Below, piece by piece: positions 25,568 to 36,110 of a stretch of 64,000 bases of DNA (positions are counted from its first letter, which is position 1; every line of letters begins with the position of its first letter). Source of the stretch: Blepharisma stoltei ATCC 30299 (taxonomy: Eukaryota; Protista; Ciliophora); assembly GCA_965603825.1 (NCBI GenBank), contig CBFDEM010000027.1, positions 496,001-560,000 of the forward strand, given 5' to 3'. Both the position numbers and the translations under genes were made by a program. The notes beneath the pieces are model-generated. The model made no database searches and was not told the DNA's origin. It worked only from the letters and a program-made list of their open reading frames with translations.

Positions 25568-26002
25568 ATGAAGCGAACGAAAGAAAATTGGCTCCACGGG
25601 CACCCAGACGACCGTAATGGGATCTCAGGATGCCGCATCTTTGATGGTGAAGATTTGCATTACCAGGAGCGTAAAAAAGCCCAGCAGGAGACCCAAAGGA
25701 AATGGATCGAAGAGCAAAAAAGACAGAATGAAGAAAAAAAGCGCCAGGAGGAAGAGGAAGAAATGCAATATGCCTTTCAAACTCAGCAAGCCAACAGAAT
25801 GAGAGGACTCCTTGAAGACGAACTTGAAAGCAAGAAAAGAATGATGCAGGCATCAACAAGGGATGCAAACCTTCAATTAAGCCGAGAAAAGAAAGAAAAG
25901 GAAAGATATGAAAAGAATTCGAAGTTGAGAGAAGAAGACCAAGACTTATTGGAGCAAAAAACGATTAGACAGGTGCCACCTTATGTGAACCCACTTGACT
26001 AA
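25568..26002 (+). CDS. Short RIB43A-family ciliary microtubule inner protein
   Basis: GISGCRIFDGEDL..RKKAQQE signature followed by a charged helix. Confidence 0.8.
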   Translation: MKRTKENWLHGHPDDRNGISGCRIFDGEDLHYQERKKAQQETQRKWIEEQKRQNEEKKRQEEEEEMQYAFQTQQANRMRGLLEDELESKKRMMQASTRDANLQLSREKKEKERYEKNSKLREEDQDLLEQKTIRQVPPYVNPLD

Positions 26003-26130
26003 ATTATCAATAAATTCGCTAAAACAAAAGCCATTTCAAATTTCACTAAAATTTCTGTTTTCTTTCAGATCTCATTTTCTAGATAGATCCTTCTTCTCAA
26101 AAATTTCTTTTATCTTGAATTACTTATAAA

Positions 26131-27798
26131 ATGGATGATCCTTTTACCCAAATACAAGAAGACCTTGAAAATGCTGAGGTTGCAGCATACCATGCGATAC
26201 AAAGCATTTACTCCCTAGGAGGTGAAATCCTCTATGATCACTATATAGACCAAAAATCAGTTTCCTTTGCATCTCAAAATCTTCAATCCCTCTTAGCAAA
26301 CACATTAGAAGCCTATTTCATACGTCATGATCTCGGTGAAACCGAAGCTTGGAAAGAAGACCAAGAGCCAGTTCCATGTAAAATAGACACCTGGGCACGA
26401 GCCTCAATCCCAGTCAAAAAAAAGATAAAAATGCCTTCAGTTGAGACATCAAACCAACAACTGCCAGCTGACATGCGAAGTGTAAAAAGCTTCAGGTCAA
26501 GCCGCTCTGTGTTTAACCAAGTAAACAAGCTTAATAAAACCGTCAGAGGAATGCAAGGAGAAGTTATAGATGAAGTCAAAGGGCAGCCAATACCAATAGC
26601 ACAAGATAAAGAAGATATCTCTGAGGAGGAAGAACAAATGAGACAAAGAAAAGAACGAGAAATGAAAAGAAAAAGAGACGAAAAAGAAAGGATTAGGCTG
26701 AGAAAGGAGGAAGAAGAGGAAAAAGAAAAAAAAATTGTAAGGGAAGCGGAAGATTTGAAACATAAATTATTCACATATGATAGCAAAGGGAAAATTGTAT
26801 TGGTTAATGCAATTAAGTATGATACTATTCCACCAACAGCTATGATAATGAAATATACACTCCCTGTGCCAGTAGTAGAAGAAAATAGCTCGAAAGATCA
26901 GAAAAAGCCTAAAAAAGAGACGAAAGAGTTTTCTATTGTAAAAGCTAGAAAGCAAGCCCCACTCCAAGAGCAGGAATGGGTAAAAAATGTAACGTCAGTT
27001 GCACCACCTATATTTGATACTATAAAATTAAGTGCGGGCGTAACTGTAGTAGAGGGAAGCAGAACAAAATATCCAAACCATCAATCGTCGGAAAAGCTGA
27101 AAACAATGACCAGAAAAGAATATAGGACGCTTACAGACCAGCATATTCCTACAAACTATAAAGATATAGTAGATAATCCGAGGGATAATTATGATAGAAA
27201 ATCTTCCCCACAAAGCAGCCAGGAATCCTTCAAACCAGGTAGCAATATACAAAGTAAAAGAGACTTACTCGAAAGTATCCCAGATTTTGATGAAGAAAAT
27301 CATGATGTTGAAGAGCTTACAGAAGAAGATTCAATGGCAGAAAAACCTTCTGTGAAACTGCCAAAACCTGATACGAGGTCTAAAAAAGATAGAATTTTAC
27401 AATATGGTCAGTCTATTGAGGAAACAGAAGAAATGAACCCAGTTGAAAAATTCAATTTATCAATATTAAGGAATAAGCAATGGGGGACAAATCCGCCATT
27501 CAAACAAGCTTTTGTACCTGATAAAATTCCGAAAAAACACCCTAATTCAAAGGAAGCTTTGCAAATTTATGGAGATCAAATAAAGAAACCGAAAGATGAG
27601 CCGTTTGCATCTATTAAAGAATTGTGGGAAAAGAAAAGCACGTCACTTAAAAAGCCAAGAGACAGACCTTTTATTGAGAGGGTGGAGAAGAAAAAGAGGA
27701 TGCCGCCTCCACCATTTGGACAAACTATGGTTAATGCAATGCCAGATTCTGGACTTGCAGCTTCAGGATCTCATTTATCAGCATCTTTTAACTCATAA
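26131..27798 (+). CDS. Uncharacterised protein with C2orf81/DUF4639-like N-terminus
   Basis: WKEDQEPVPCKIDTWARASIPV motif; intact 555-aa ORF. Confidence 0.65.
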   Translation: MDDPFTQIQEDLENAEVAAYHAIQSIYSLGGEILYDHYIDQKSVSFASQNLQSLLANTLEAYFIRHDLGETEAWKEDQEPVPCKIDTWARASIPVKKKIKMPSVETSNQQLPADMRSVKSFRSSRSVFNQVNKLNKTVRGMQGEVIDEVKGQPIPIAQDKEDISEEEEQMRQRKEREMKRKRDEKERIRLRKEEEEEKEKKIVREAEDLKHKLFTYDSKGKIVLVNAIKYDTIPPTAMIMKYTLPVPVVEENSSKDQKKPKKETKEFSIVKARKQAPLQEQEWVKNVTSVAPPIFDTIKLSAGVTVVEGSRTKYPNHQSSEKLKTMTRKEYRTLTDQHIPTNYKDIVDNPRDNYDRKSSPQSSQESFKPGSNIQSKRDLLESIPDFDEENHDVEELTEEDSMAEKPSVKLPKPDTRSKKDRILQYGQSIEETEEMNPVEKFNLSILRNKQWGTNPPFKQAFVPDKIPKKHPNSKEALQIYGDQIKKPKDEPFASIKELWEKKSTSLKKPRDRPFIERVEKKKRMPPPPFGQTMVNAMPDSGLAASGSHLSASFNS

Positions 27799-27998
27799 TT
27801 TATTAATTAGCATATTCGGCTGTTATTTTAGTAATTAAATATCGTATGGTTTAAATTATTTTGTTTGGCTTATACAATCTTAATGAAGGATATTAGATAT
27901 TCTTTTCTAGCTTTATTGAGAAAAAATATTTAGAAATAATATTTTTTGTAAATATGGATCATGATATCATTTCGAATCATCCCTATTTTATTAAGTAA

Positions 27999-29777
27999 AT
28001 GTCACGTTATGATTTTTGGCAAGATGACAATTCCAGCAGCTTTAATTTTCCTCCAACTGACACTAGCCCTTCAGACACCTTTCTCAGGCATGCAACAGAC
28101 TTGTTCAACACTCTCACTGAAGAAGAGGAGCAAATTACAAGGTCTCTCCCAATCTTAATTAGTCAACAATCCTCAAAACAAGATCAAGTTGACCTAATTG
28201 AAGCTTATGCGTTAGAACTTAAAATCAGAAACCAGGAAAAAATGAATCTTTTAGATTCATTTTTATCTCATGAAAAAAGTCACAGCTTACAAGTCCGTCA
28301 ATTAGAGCAGGAAATCAAAAAACTTAAAGAAGAAGCATCAGCTGCCAAAAATATGATTAATAAAAGAATCAACAGGATCGCTGGCACATTGAACGCTACT
28401 GACGTCTATGACTGAATCGTAGATATAGGACTTATTACTGATATCAGTAAAAGTGGCTGGGAAGTCGAATTTTCTGAAAAATTCTGAAGCTCATGAGGAA
28501 AGACGATGGAGAGCCAAGCAGATAGCAAAGGGGAAGTGATTGTTAAAAATGAGCCTAATATAAAAAATGATGCTGGAAATACTTCTTGGGATGGAGCAGT
28601 TGTTTCTGTAGTAGGACTTTATGATAAAGGTAAAACATTTCTGTTAAACAATTTAACAGATTCTTACTTGCCTTCAGGAAAGAAAGTGAATACAAGAGGT
28701 CTTTCTTTTAAGCATGTCCAAATGGACACAGGCACGAATTTAATTTTGCTCGATACTGCAGGGTCTTACTCTCCTGTAAAAGTACTAAACGAATTTTCTG
28801 TTGCAGAAAAAGAAGCAACTGAACTCTTTATTCTTGACATGGTTTTTGAAATTTCTGACTATTTTATATGTGTTGTCAATGATTTCACCTCTCTTGACCA
28901 AAGATTTTTAGACAAAATCACTCGAAGTCTACAAAACTCGAGCACAAAAATATTCAGAGAAGTGATTGTGGTTCACAATCTCAAAGATGTTGAAGATGAA
29001 AATGTTATTAATCATATATGGGAAACCCAGGTGACACAGATTTATGGGTCTGGGAGTACTCAAAGTACCAAAGTTGCTGCAAATTCTCCAGAGTCTAATG
29101 AATTGGTTGAGAAAAGTGTAAGCTGATTTAAGACTGATTATTCACGACATGTGTGCCTCGCAAATGCTGACTCAGAAATTGGGCAAAAACTAAACCCTTG
29201 GACATTTTCACTATTAAAATACTGACTTAAGGCTGTTTTTGTGCCAGTAAATAGGCCTTTATCAGTTGTTGAAACAGTAGTATCTATAATAAAATCCAAG
29301 ATTTCTTCCTATTTTAAAACCCCTGTCGAAGTCCAGCTAATTAACGGTCAAAACCCTCTGAAGAAAATAATTATATGCAAAAATATGTCTCAATCAGAAA
29401 GTCTTCGACTCCCCCAGTTTTCAATGGATTCCAGCGGCTTCATAATTTCTCGTCCAGACAGCTTTATCCCTGCAGTTGACATCATTGAAGACTCAGCCTA
29501 TAAGATCTACATGGACATCTCCGGCCTCTCCAAAGAAGACATCCTCCTCACACGTCAAAATGTCCTTACAGTCGTCCAAGGCCGCCGCAAGAAGCCCAAC
29601 CTAAACAGCCCAGAAAGTGCCAGAGTGATAAAACAGGAGCGGAAATATGGAGATTTCGCCATCAGTTTTAAAATCCCTGAACAATATGAAAGAAGATGGA
29701 ACTCGTTTGAAGTAAAAGATGGAGTCTTAATGATTGCCTATAATAAAGACGAAGATGAAATAAGTAAAATGCAATAA
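27999..29777 (+). CDS. Coiled-coil + P-loop GTPase + HSP20/alpha-crystallin fusion protein (~592 aa)
   Basis: Three ORFs in one frame separated only by TGA; GLYDKGKT, NTRG, LLDTAG, VVHN; C-terminal PAVDIIED..ERKYGDF..KDGVL. Confidence 0.85.
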
Positions 29778-29803
29778 CTAATAATAGGCTAACAAATTCA
29801 TAA

Positions 29804-30937
29804 ATGGCAGACAGCGAAAACACAGACCTCCTCCAAGAAAGCGTAGATGAGCCACCTCCTTTAAGGATGGCTTCAGATTCAATCAATTCAATACCTAGTG
29901 CGAAATTTTTGCACCCTAAATCAGCACCAATTCGACAAAACGCTGAATCCACTCCAAGTAAAGCATTTGGAGCACATATTTTTACAATGCATCAGGATGA
30001 AGATTTCCATAAAATCAAACAGATCAAACAGAAAACCTACTTTCAAGAACTCACCAGACAAATCCAGGACAAAAAGAACCCTCAAGATGCCAATTTTAAG
30101 CAGATTCCGCAGGTTAGTCCAAATATCGTTCCAAACGTATCAATTTATAACCCATTTGTAGCGGACGTTCCAATGACAAAATATCAAAAAAAATATGAAA
30201 TTGAAAATTTCTCTACTATAAACAGAAGCCAATTACTTGAAGGGCCACTTCAGAGGGATGAATCAAGCTTATTGAAGCTGAAAAAGGAGCAAATGCAAAG
30301 AGAAATGCAAAGAGCATTAAGAGAACAAATTGATGAAAAAAATAGGAGAAACCGAAGAGATGAAGGACGGTTTCAAGAAGTGAACAATGAGCAAGTATCA
30401 ACTCCTGTAAAAACAGAAGAAGGCTCGCCTCGAACACCTAGTTATAGTCCATTACAACCTGTAACCTCTAGCTTTGCAGAAGCAAGCAAGTCAGTCGTGG
30501 TTAGCGACGAAAACGAAACTATTGATTATTTAAGCAGGCTTTGCAAACAGCTTATGGAAGAACAGCAGAAATTAAAAACGAAAATTCAAGATCAGGAAAA
30601 TTTCATCAGCGAACTTAAACAAAACAAAAATGAGCAGAAGTCCTTTGTAAGTGAAAGAAAGACTCCTAGCAAATTGAAAATCCCGTCGAATTCTCCTATA
30701 AGAGGGAATGATAACTCGAAGTTTATTGAAGATATTATCAAAGGATCGAGGCAGAGAAGAAATTTAATGTATAAAGAAGATTTATTGCCGAGAAGAACAA
30801 GTGATCTTGGCTCGCCAATTCTGCCTGAAGCAACTCCTAGGAAGTCAGACCCACTTGGAAGCTATGCTTTGTCATCTCCGGATCTTCCACCCCTTTTTTC
30901 CCCACAAAAACTCATGCAAAATCCATTTAATTATTAA
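29804..30937 (+). CDS. Coiled-coil/low-complexity hypothetical protein
   Basis: Intact 377-aa ORF with repeated LxxQIxxK helices. Confidence 0.75.
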   Translation: MADSENTDLLQESVDEPPPLRMASDSINSIPSAKFLHPKSAPIRQNAESTPSKAFGAHIFTMHQDEDFHKIKQIKQKTYFQELTRQIQDKKNPQDANFKQIPQVSPNIVPNVSIYNPFVADVPMTKYQKKYEIENFSTINRSQLLEGPLQRDESSLLKLKKEQMQREMQRALREQIDEKNRRNRRDEGRFQEVNNEQVSTPVKTEEGSPRTPSYSPLQPVTSSFAEASKSVVVSDENETIDYLSRLCKQLMEEQQKLKTKIQDQENFISELKQNKNEQKSFVSERKTPSKLKIPSNSPIRGNDNSKFIEDIIKGSRQRRNLMYKEDLLPRRTSDLGSPILPEATPRKSDPLGSYALSSPDLPPLFSPQKLMQNPFNY

Positions 30938-31045
30938 TACTCATTTAATTAATTGCATTATTGAATATCTTTATCTATATTATTAAATTTGTACTAATTC
31001 CTAATTGATTACTTATCTTCTGACAATGGTTTAAAGAAATAATTA

Positions 31046-33691
31046 TTAAGATTTTCTTATGAACTGTAGATTAATTGTTTTTCTGAAATTCTGAAAAGTT
31101 ATATCAACATGAACAGCAATATGGTCATAAAGACTAATTTTTTGATTCTCAACAACTATTGATCTTGAGTCATATTCACTGGCATTAGGCAGCTCAACCT
31201 CCCCTTCTAGCCCAATTTTTGGAATCATCACATCAACACCATTCGGCAAAATTTCAGTGACTATTGCATCATATTCGATTACATCTTTACGACCCTTGAA
31301 CACAAGATATGTATGCAAATTGGCTGAAGTCCTTTCAGAATACTGTGACATGCGATTCCTAAAATTCATTCTTCTACAAATTTTCCCCATTTCTCTTCTG
31401 TCAGTCATTTTTTCAGGCAGAGACTTCACATCTATAGCTGCTGCCAGCAGTCTATGGACCAAAATATCTGCATATCTTCTAATCGGGCTTGTAAAATGTG
31501 TGTAGATTTCTGCTGCAAGCCCATAATGGTAATACTCGTGCCTATCAACTTCAGAAGAACAAAAATAAACAGCCTGATTCATGCACCTAGTTACCTGCAT
31601 CCTTATTATTGTATTAAAATAAGGGTCGTTTTGCCTTATAATTCTGTTTAACGACTCTGCGAGAGTTAAAGATGAGTCATAATTGAGTGGGTAGCCTAGA
31701 TATTCCAGCTTTTCTGCAAGCTTTTTTAAGTCATCTAGCTTTGGAGATGGATGTCTACGTAGAATAGAGTATGCAGGATATGCTTCACAGATCTTGTCAG
31801 CAACCGCAATATTTGCGAGAAGCATGAACTCTTCGACCATACTGTTGGTTTCAAATGTTTTGTATAGCGCCATGTCTTTTGCTTTAAGCTTATCTGTGTC
31901 TAATTCAAATTTAACTTCAGCACTGGCAAGTTCGAGAGCTCCAGCAACAATTCTTTGCCTTTTTAGGTGTTTTGATATATCAAGTAGCTTCCTTAACGAA
32001 AAAGCCATCTCATCATTTACATTAGAATCAATGATTTCTTGTGCTTTTTGGTAGGAAAGAGATGCCCGGGAGTGTATTAAGCTTTTACAAAAAGTAGTTT
32101 TTTTAATTTCATATGTCTTTGGATCAAGCTCCCATAGGACTGAAAATGCTAGTCTATCTTGATTACAGACCAGACTACAAAGCACTTCTGTAAGTATTCC
32201 AGGCAACATATCAGTTCTTCTTTCCACTAAATACACCGTCGTGCATCTTTCAGAAGCTTCTAAATCAAGAGCAGACTCTGGAAGCACAAAATGAGTGACA
32301 TCTGCTATGTGAACCCCTACTTCAAGATTTCCATTGGGTAGAACTTTACAGTGGAGAGCATCATCAATATCTTTGCAGCCTGGAGGATCAACACTGGCCA
32401 CACATCTATCTCTTAAATCAGTTCTTCTGTCTATTTCTTCTTGTGTTAAAACCCAGTCGCGTGGAGGTAAGCAGTTTAAAGCAGCTTGTGTGAAAGGCTT
32501 GATTACGACGTCATGCTCCAATAAGATTACATCACTTTCAGTTTTTACGTCTTCGATTTCTCCTAGTATTTTTACCACGTGTCCTTGTGGAAGATTACTT
32601 GAGATATCCCATTTGTCAATAGAGACAGTAATTCTCATACCTTCTAATCTTGAAGGATTCGCACAGTAAATTTTTATTTCGGGTAGCTTGGGGTTCACTG
32701 GAGAAAACAAGCATTGTTCTCTATTGTCAATAAAAACGCCAGTTCTTCTAATGCTGCCACAATAAGATTTTTGCTTATTTCTGAGAATAGACACCACTCT
32801 GCCTTCTCTATGTGGTTTTTCTTCAACATTTGCGACTTTGATATTGACTACATCTACTCCTTCCACCTCTTCTAAATGGTCTAGTTTTTCTTCAATATCC
32901 ATTGGCTCATTAAGCACTTCAATTGCTACTACGTCCCCATCAATTGATCTATTCATGTTTTCAATTCCTTTTATTGCCACATCAAATGATTGGCCCACAT
33001 TCCTGGTTACCCTTATCCAAGCACTATCAGGGGAATTCCTATAAACATGCAAAACGCCTTCAAAAAGTGATCCTTCTTTAATCATTTTTTCAGCTTGAAT
33101 TGGGTTAATATGCTCACTAAAAATAGGGTTCATTGCAGGCTCGTCTACAGGGAACATGTCAGCTAATATTGTGTTTTTTACGATTTCTTCAAGCTTGATG
33201 CATCTTTCACCGCTTCTCAATGAAATAACCTTAATCTCAACTTGTGGAAGATGAGAACTTAGCCATTCTGCAGCTTTAATGGCGGATAAATACTCTCTGT
33301 CCTTTGTGCCTTGTGGGATATATGTCTCTGCTCTATGCTCATTAAGAAAGACGTGAAAATGATTTTCATCGATAAAGGTTTTGACTCGCTTATATAAATT
33401 TTGATCTTTTACTTTGAGCTCTAGCAAAGTTGACTGAAGGAAAAGGGTATTTGTGTTGGTTAGAACTGGGCATTGATATTGCTCCTCAAGGACTGTTATG
33501 TGAGATATTAAAGCTTCTAAATCGAAAAAATAGAGATTTGTGTCTGAAAGTGGAGCATGCATTAAATTGCTGCAGTGAATGCATGATGAATATCCACAAG
33601 GGACATCATGTCTTAAGTAATGCTGCTTAATGCTACTAAAGATATTGCCTCTTCTGGTTTTCTTTGGAGTAGAGATCACTACAGGTTCCAT
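31046..33691 (-). CDS. DIS3: Exosome catalytic subunit DIS3/RRP44
   Basis: HYLRHDVPCG (CR3), PIN region, CSDs, RNB motifs DPPGCKDIDDA, VHIADV, YTHFTSPIRRYAD. Confidence 0.96.
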   Translation of the reverse strand: MEPVVISTPKKTRRGNIFSSIKQHYLRHDVPCGYSSCIHCSNLMHAPLSDTNLYFFDLEALISHITVLEEQYQCPVLTNTNTLFLQSTLLELKVKDQNLYKRVKTFIDENHFHVFLNEHRAETYIPQGTKDREYLSAIKAAEWLSSHLPQVEIKVISLRSGERCIKLEEIVKNTILADMFPVDEPAMNPIFSEHINPIQAEKMIKEGSLFEGVLHVYRNSPDSAWIRVTRNVGQSFDVAIKGIENMNRSIDGDVVAIEVLNEPMDIEEKLDHLEEVEGVDVVNIKVANVEEKPHREGRVVSILRNKQKSYCGSIRRTGVFIDNREQCLFSPVNPKLPEIKIYCANPSRLEGMRITVSIDKWDISSNLPQGHVVKILGEIEDVKTESDVILLEHDVVIKPFTQAALNCLPPRDWVLTQEEIDRRTDLRDRCVASVDPPGCKDIDDALHCKVLPNGNLEVGVHIADVTHFVLPESALDLEASERCTTVYLVERRTDMLPGILTEVLCSLVCNQDRLAFSVLWELDPKTYEIKKTTFCKSLIHSRASLSYQKAQEIIDSNVNDEMAFSLRKLLDISKHLKRQRIVAGALELASAEVKFELDTDKLKAKDMALYKTFETNSMVEEFMLLANIAVADKICEAYPAYSILRRHPSPKLDDLKKLAEKLEYLGYPLNYDSSLTLAESLNRIIRQNDPYFNTIIRMQVTRCMNQAVYFCSSEVDRHEYYHYGLAAEIYTHFTSPIRRYADILVHRLLAAAIDVKSLPEKMTDRREMGKICRRMNFRNRMSQYSERTSANLHTYLVFKGRKDVIEYDAIVTEILPNGVDVMIPKIGLEGEVELPNASEYDSRSIVVENQKISLYDHIAVHVDITFQNFRKTINLQFIRKS

Positions 33692-34232
33692 TTATTGCTA
33701 TTGATAATGAACTTATACTTAATTATAAAGCTATGGATTGAGTAGATTTTAATATTGCATTAGCAATCGTATAAATCTTTATAAGAAATAAATCAAAATT
33801 TTTGGCTAGAAATTGCTGTTTCTTAATCTCTTTTAGAAATCTAGTAAATCCTATTATAGATTTTTATAATAAAGCAAATAATAGATTTAATTTTAATACA
33901 TGACTTTCAATTAAACAAAATTTTATTATAAATATTAAAAATTTAAGTTCGGATTAGTTGGATTAGCTAGAAGAAGTTTTATCTATAATTGATTTGCTTT
34001 TTATAAAGATAATTAGGCTATACTCCACTCAATCCATACTTAATCCAAGATTCAACCAATGCGCTTATTGCATGCATCAATTATTATTAATATTAATATG
34101 CAATAGATCTTATTCAATAGGCGAAAAACTAACCTGTAAAAGAAAATAAAAATTAGTTAAAATTTTTTATATAATTCTAAATTAATTTTTAAAAAAATCT
34201 TTTTAATCTAGACTCCGAGATAAAACGAATAA

Positions 34233-35129
34233 ATGGATTTGGATTCAAGTCAAGAAATATTGAAACTATCAGACTGTGAAGAAGACTCAATTAAACTTGC
34301 AATCCTTTCAAATTTACTCATAAAATATATAGGCCTCAAAAGAAAGCCTACTCATCGACGCGCATTCAGATTTAAATCATCATATCCTTTCGGCTTAAAA
34401 TCAAGCATAAGCTCATATGACAGCTCTCGGTCAACATTATCACTGAATTCGGAGCCAGATCCATTTCTAATAAGCCAAAGTTTTTCTATAGTTAGCTATG
34501 ATATTCCAGAATTGAATTTTAGCACTTCCGAATGCCATAAGTGGATTTACAATTTAAAAATTTGTAATATTAATATAGATTCAAATGAAGAATTTGAAAT
34601 TATCCGGCACAACTTCCTTAAACTCTACACAACTCATAAAACAGAAGGAGGCTCAAGAATCGAAAAATGCGAGCCTCAAGTGCATATTAAGAACGTGATC
34701 CAATATTTTTTGGACTGTTGCATTTGCACTCATCATCTATTAAATCAACTTCTTGCTCCAATAAAGGTTGCGCAGTGAATTGATTTGAAAAGCTTTTCTC
34801 ACTCAATTGAAGTAATTCAGCAGGAAATATTTGATAAAGCGTCATTTTTCTATAAGGAGCCAAAATCTGAATTTAAAAAAAATATCACTATGCAGAAATT
34901 ACTATGTAATCAATAATCAGTTTTCTTTAAAATGCTTGAATTCAAGCATGAAAGGTCTTTAGGAAAAGATGAGCTAAGATATGTGATAAGCATGGCTTTA
35001 AAGAAAAGAAAAAAACAAGCGAACCAACAAAAAATTGTAGAATGGACATTTGATAAGGCAAAGGTCCTTTCAGGAAAGAACAAATCAACAGTTTCTTTTG
35101 ATGAGTTTTATATTATTCTTCGGAATTAG
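34233..35129 (+). CDS. Hypothetical protein with degenerate C-terminal EF-hand pair
   Basis: Joined via TGA 34776 and intron 34906-34920; LGKDELRYVI and TVSFDEFY. Confidence 0.65.
34906..34920 (+). other. 15-nt intron GTAATCAATAATCAG
   Basis: Consensus match; removes an in-frame TAA. Confidence 0.85.
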
Positions 35130-35425
35130 AAATAATGCTAATTTATTTGTTTATCTAATCGTTTTCAAAAAATAATTAAAAACAATTAAAAAACAAAACT
35201 TTTTACAACTTTATTAAATTGCCAGGATTAAATATGAATCGGTATTATTTTCTAATGCGAAGTTATAGCTCTTGCTTTATTCAAACCTAAAACCATATCT
35301 AAAGTCTGTGTTTCCTATTAAAAATTCTTCAACAAATGCTATATAAACAGCTTACATCTATGGAAAGAATAAAAAATGCTGTCAAAAGGATGATATTATT
35401 GCAAATTAAGGTGACCTAATTTAAA

Positions 35426-36110
35426 ACTCTCCTTCTTTGACAGTTTAAGGTGAGTGATTAAAAGGAAATCTAGAATTTTTTCATGAAAACATTTGTATTT
35501 AATAACGAATTGCATATTAAGCGTAGGCGTCTAAGTTAAAAACATAGATTTTCCCCAAAAGCTTTAAGGATAAAAGTGGAGACAAAACAAATAATAAGAA
35601 GTGGGGCTTAATGGGATATTATTTTAATTATTATAATAATAAAATTATGTATAGCTTTTGTGGAAATGGGTGGGAAGAAGGAGTCCAAAGATTATTTTCA
35701 ATTGAATATGATGACGGAAATGGAAAGATAAGTGTTTCCGAGTTAGAACAATTTATGGTAAAAATTTACCACTTTCCTTATAGCGTTGGTGACATAAAAA
35801 CTCGTATAATTTCAAAAATTATAAACGTCATCAATGAATTTCTTGCTGATGCAGATGGGAAAGTTGATTTCGAAATATTCAAGCGTGTTTATGCCTACAA
35901 ACGTCTTGATAAACATGGATATGGCGGAATAGGACTTCAGAGCTTCTTGGAAATTGTTGGGCCAAAAGGATGGACGGATGAAATGGTTACATCGTGATTC
36001 AGAAGGTATGGAGAAGTTTCAACAACTGGATCACCAAAATTTCGAACTAACTATTGAAAGTTTTTTCTCAATCCAATTAATAAATAAAATACTTAAAATA
36101 TAATTAAATG
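35426..36110 (+). repeat. Direct repeat copy 1 (~680 bp; upstream region + EF-hand gene)
   Basis: Near-identical to 40178-40852, from actctccttctttga to tataattaaat. Confidence 0.95.
35647..36087 (+). CDS. Calmodulin-like degenerate EF-hand protein, copy 1
   Basis: DDGNGKISVSE, DADGKVDFE, DKHGYG; reads through two TGA to TAA 36085. An upstream in-frame ATG at 35611 is also possible. Confidence 0.75.
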
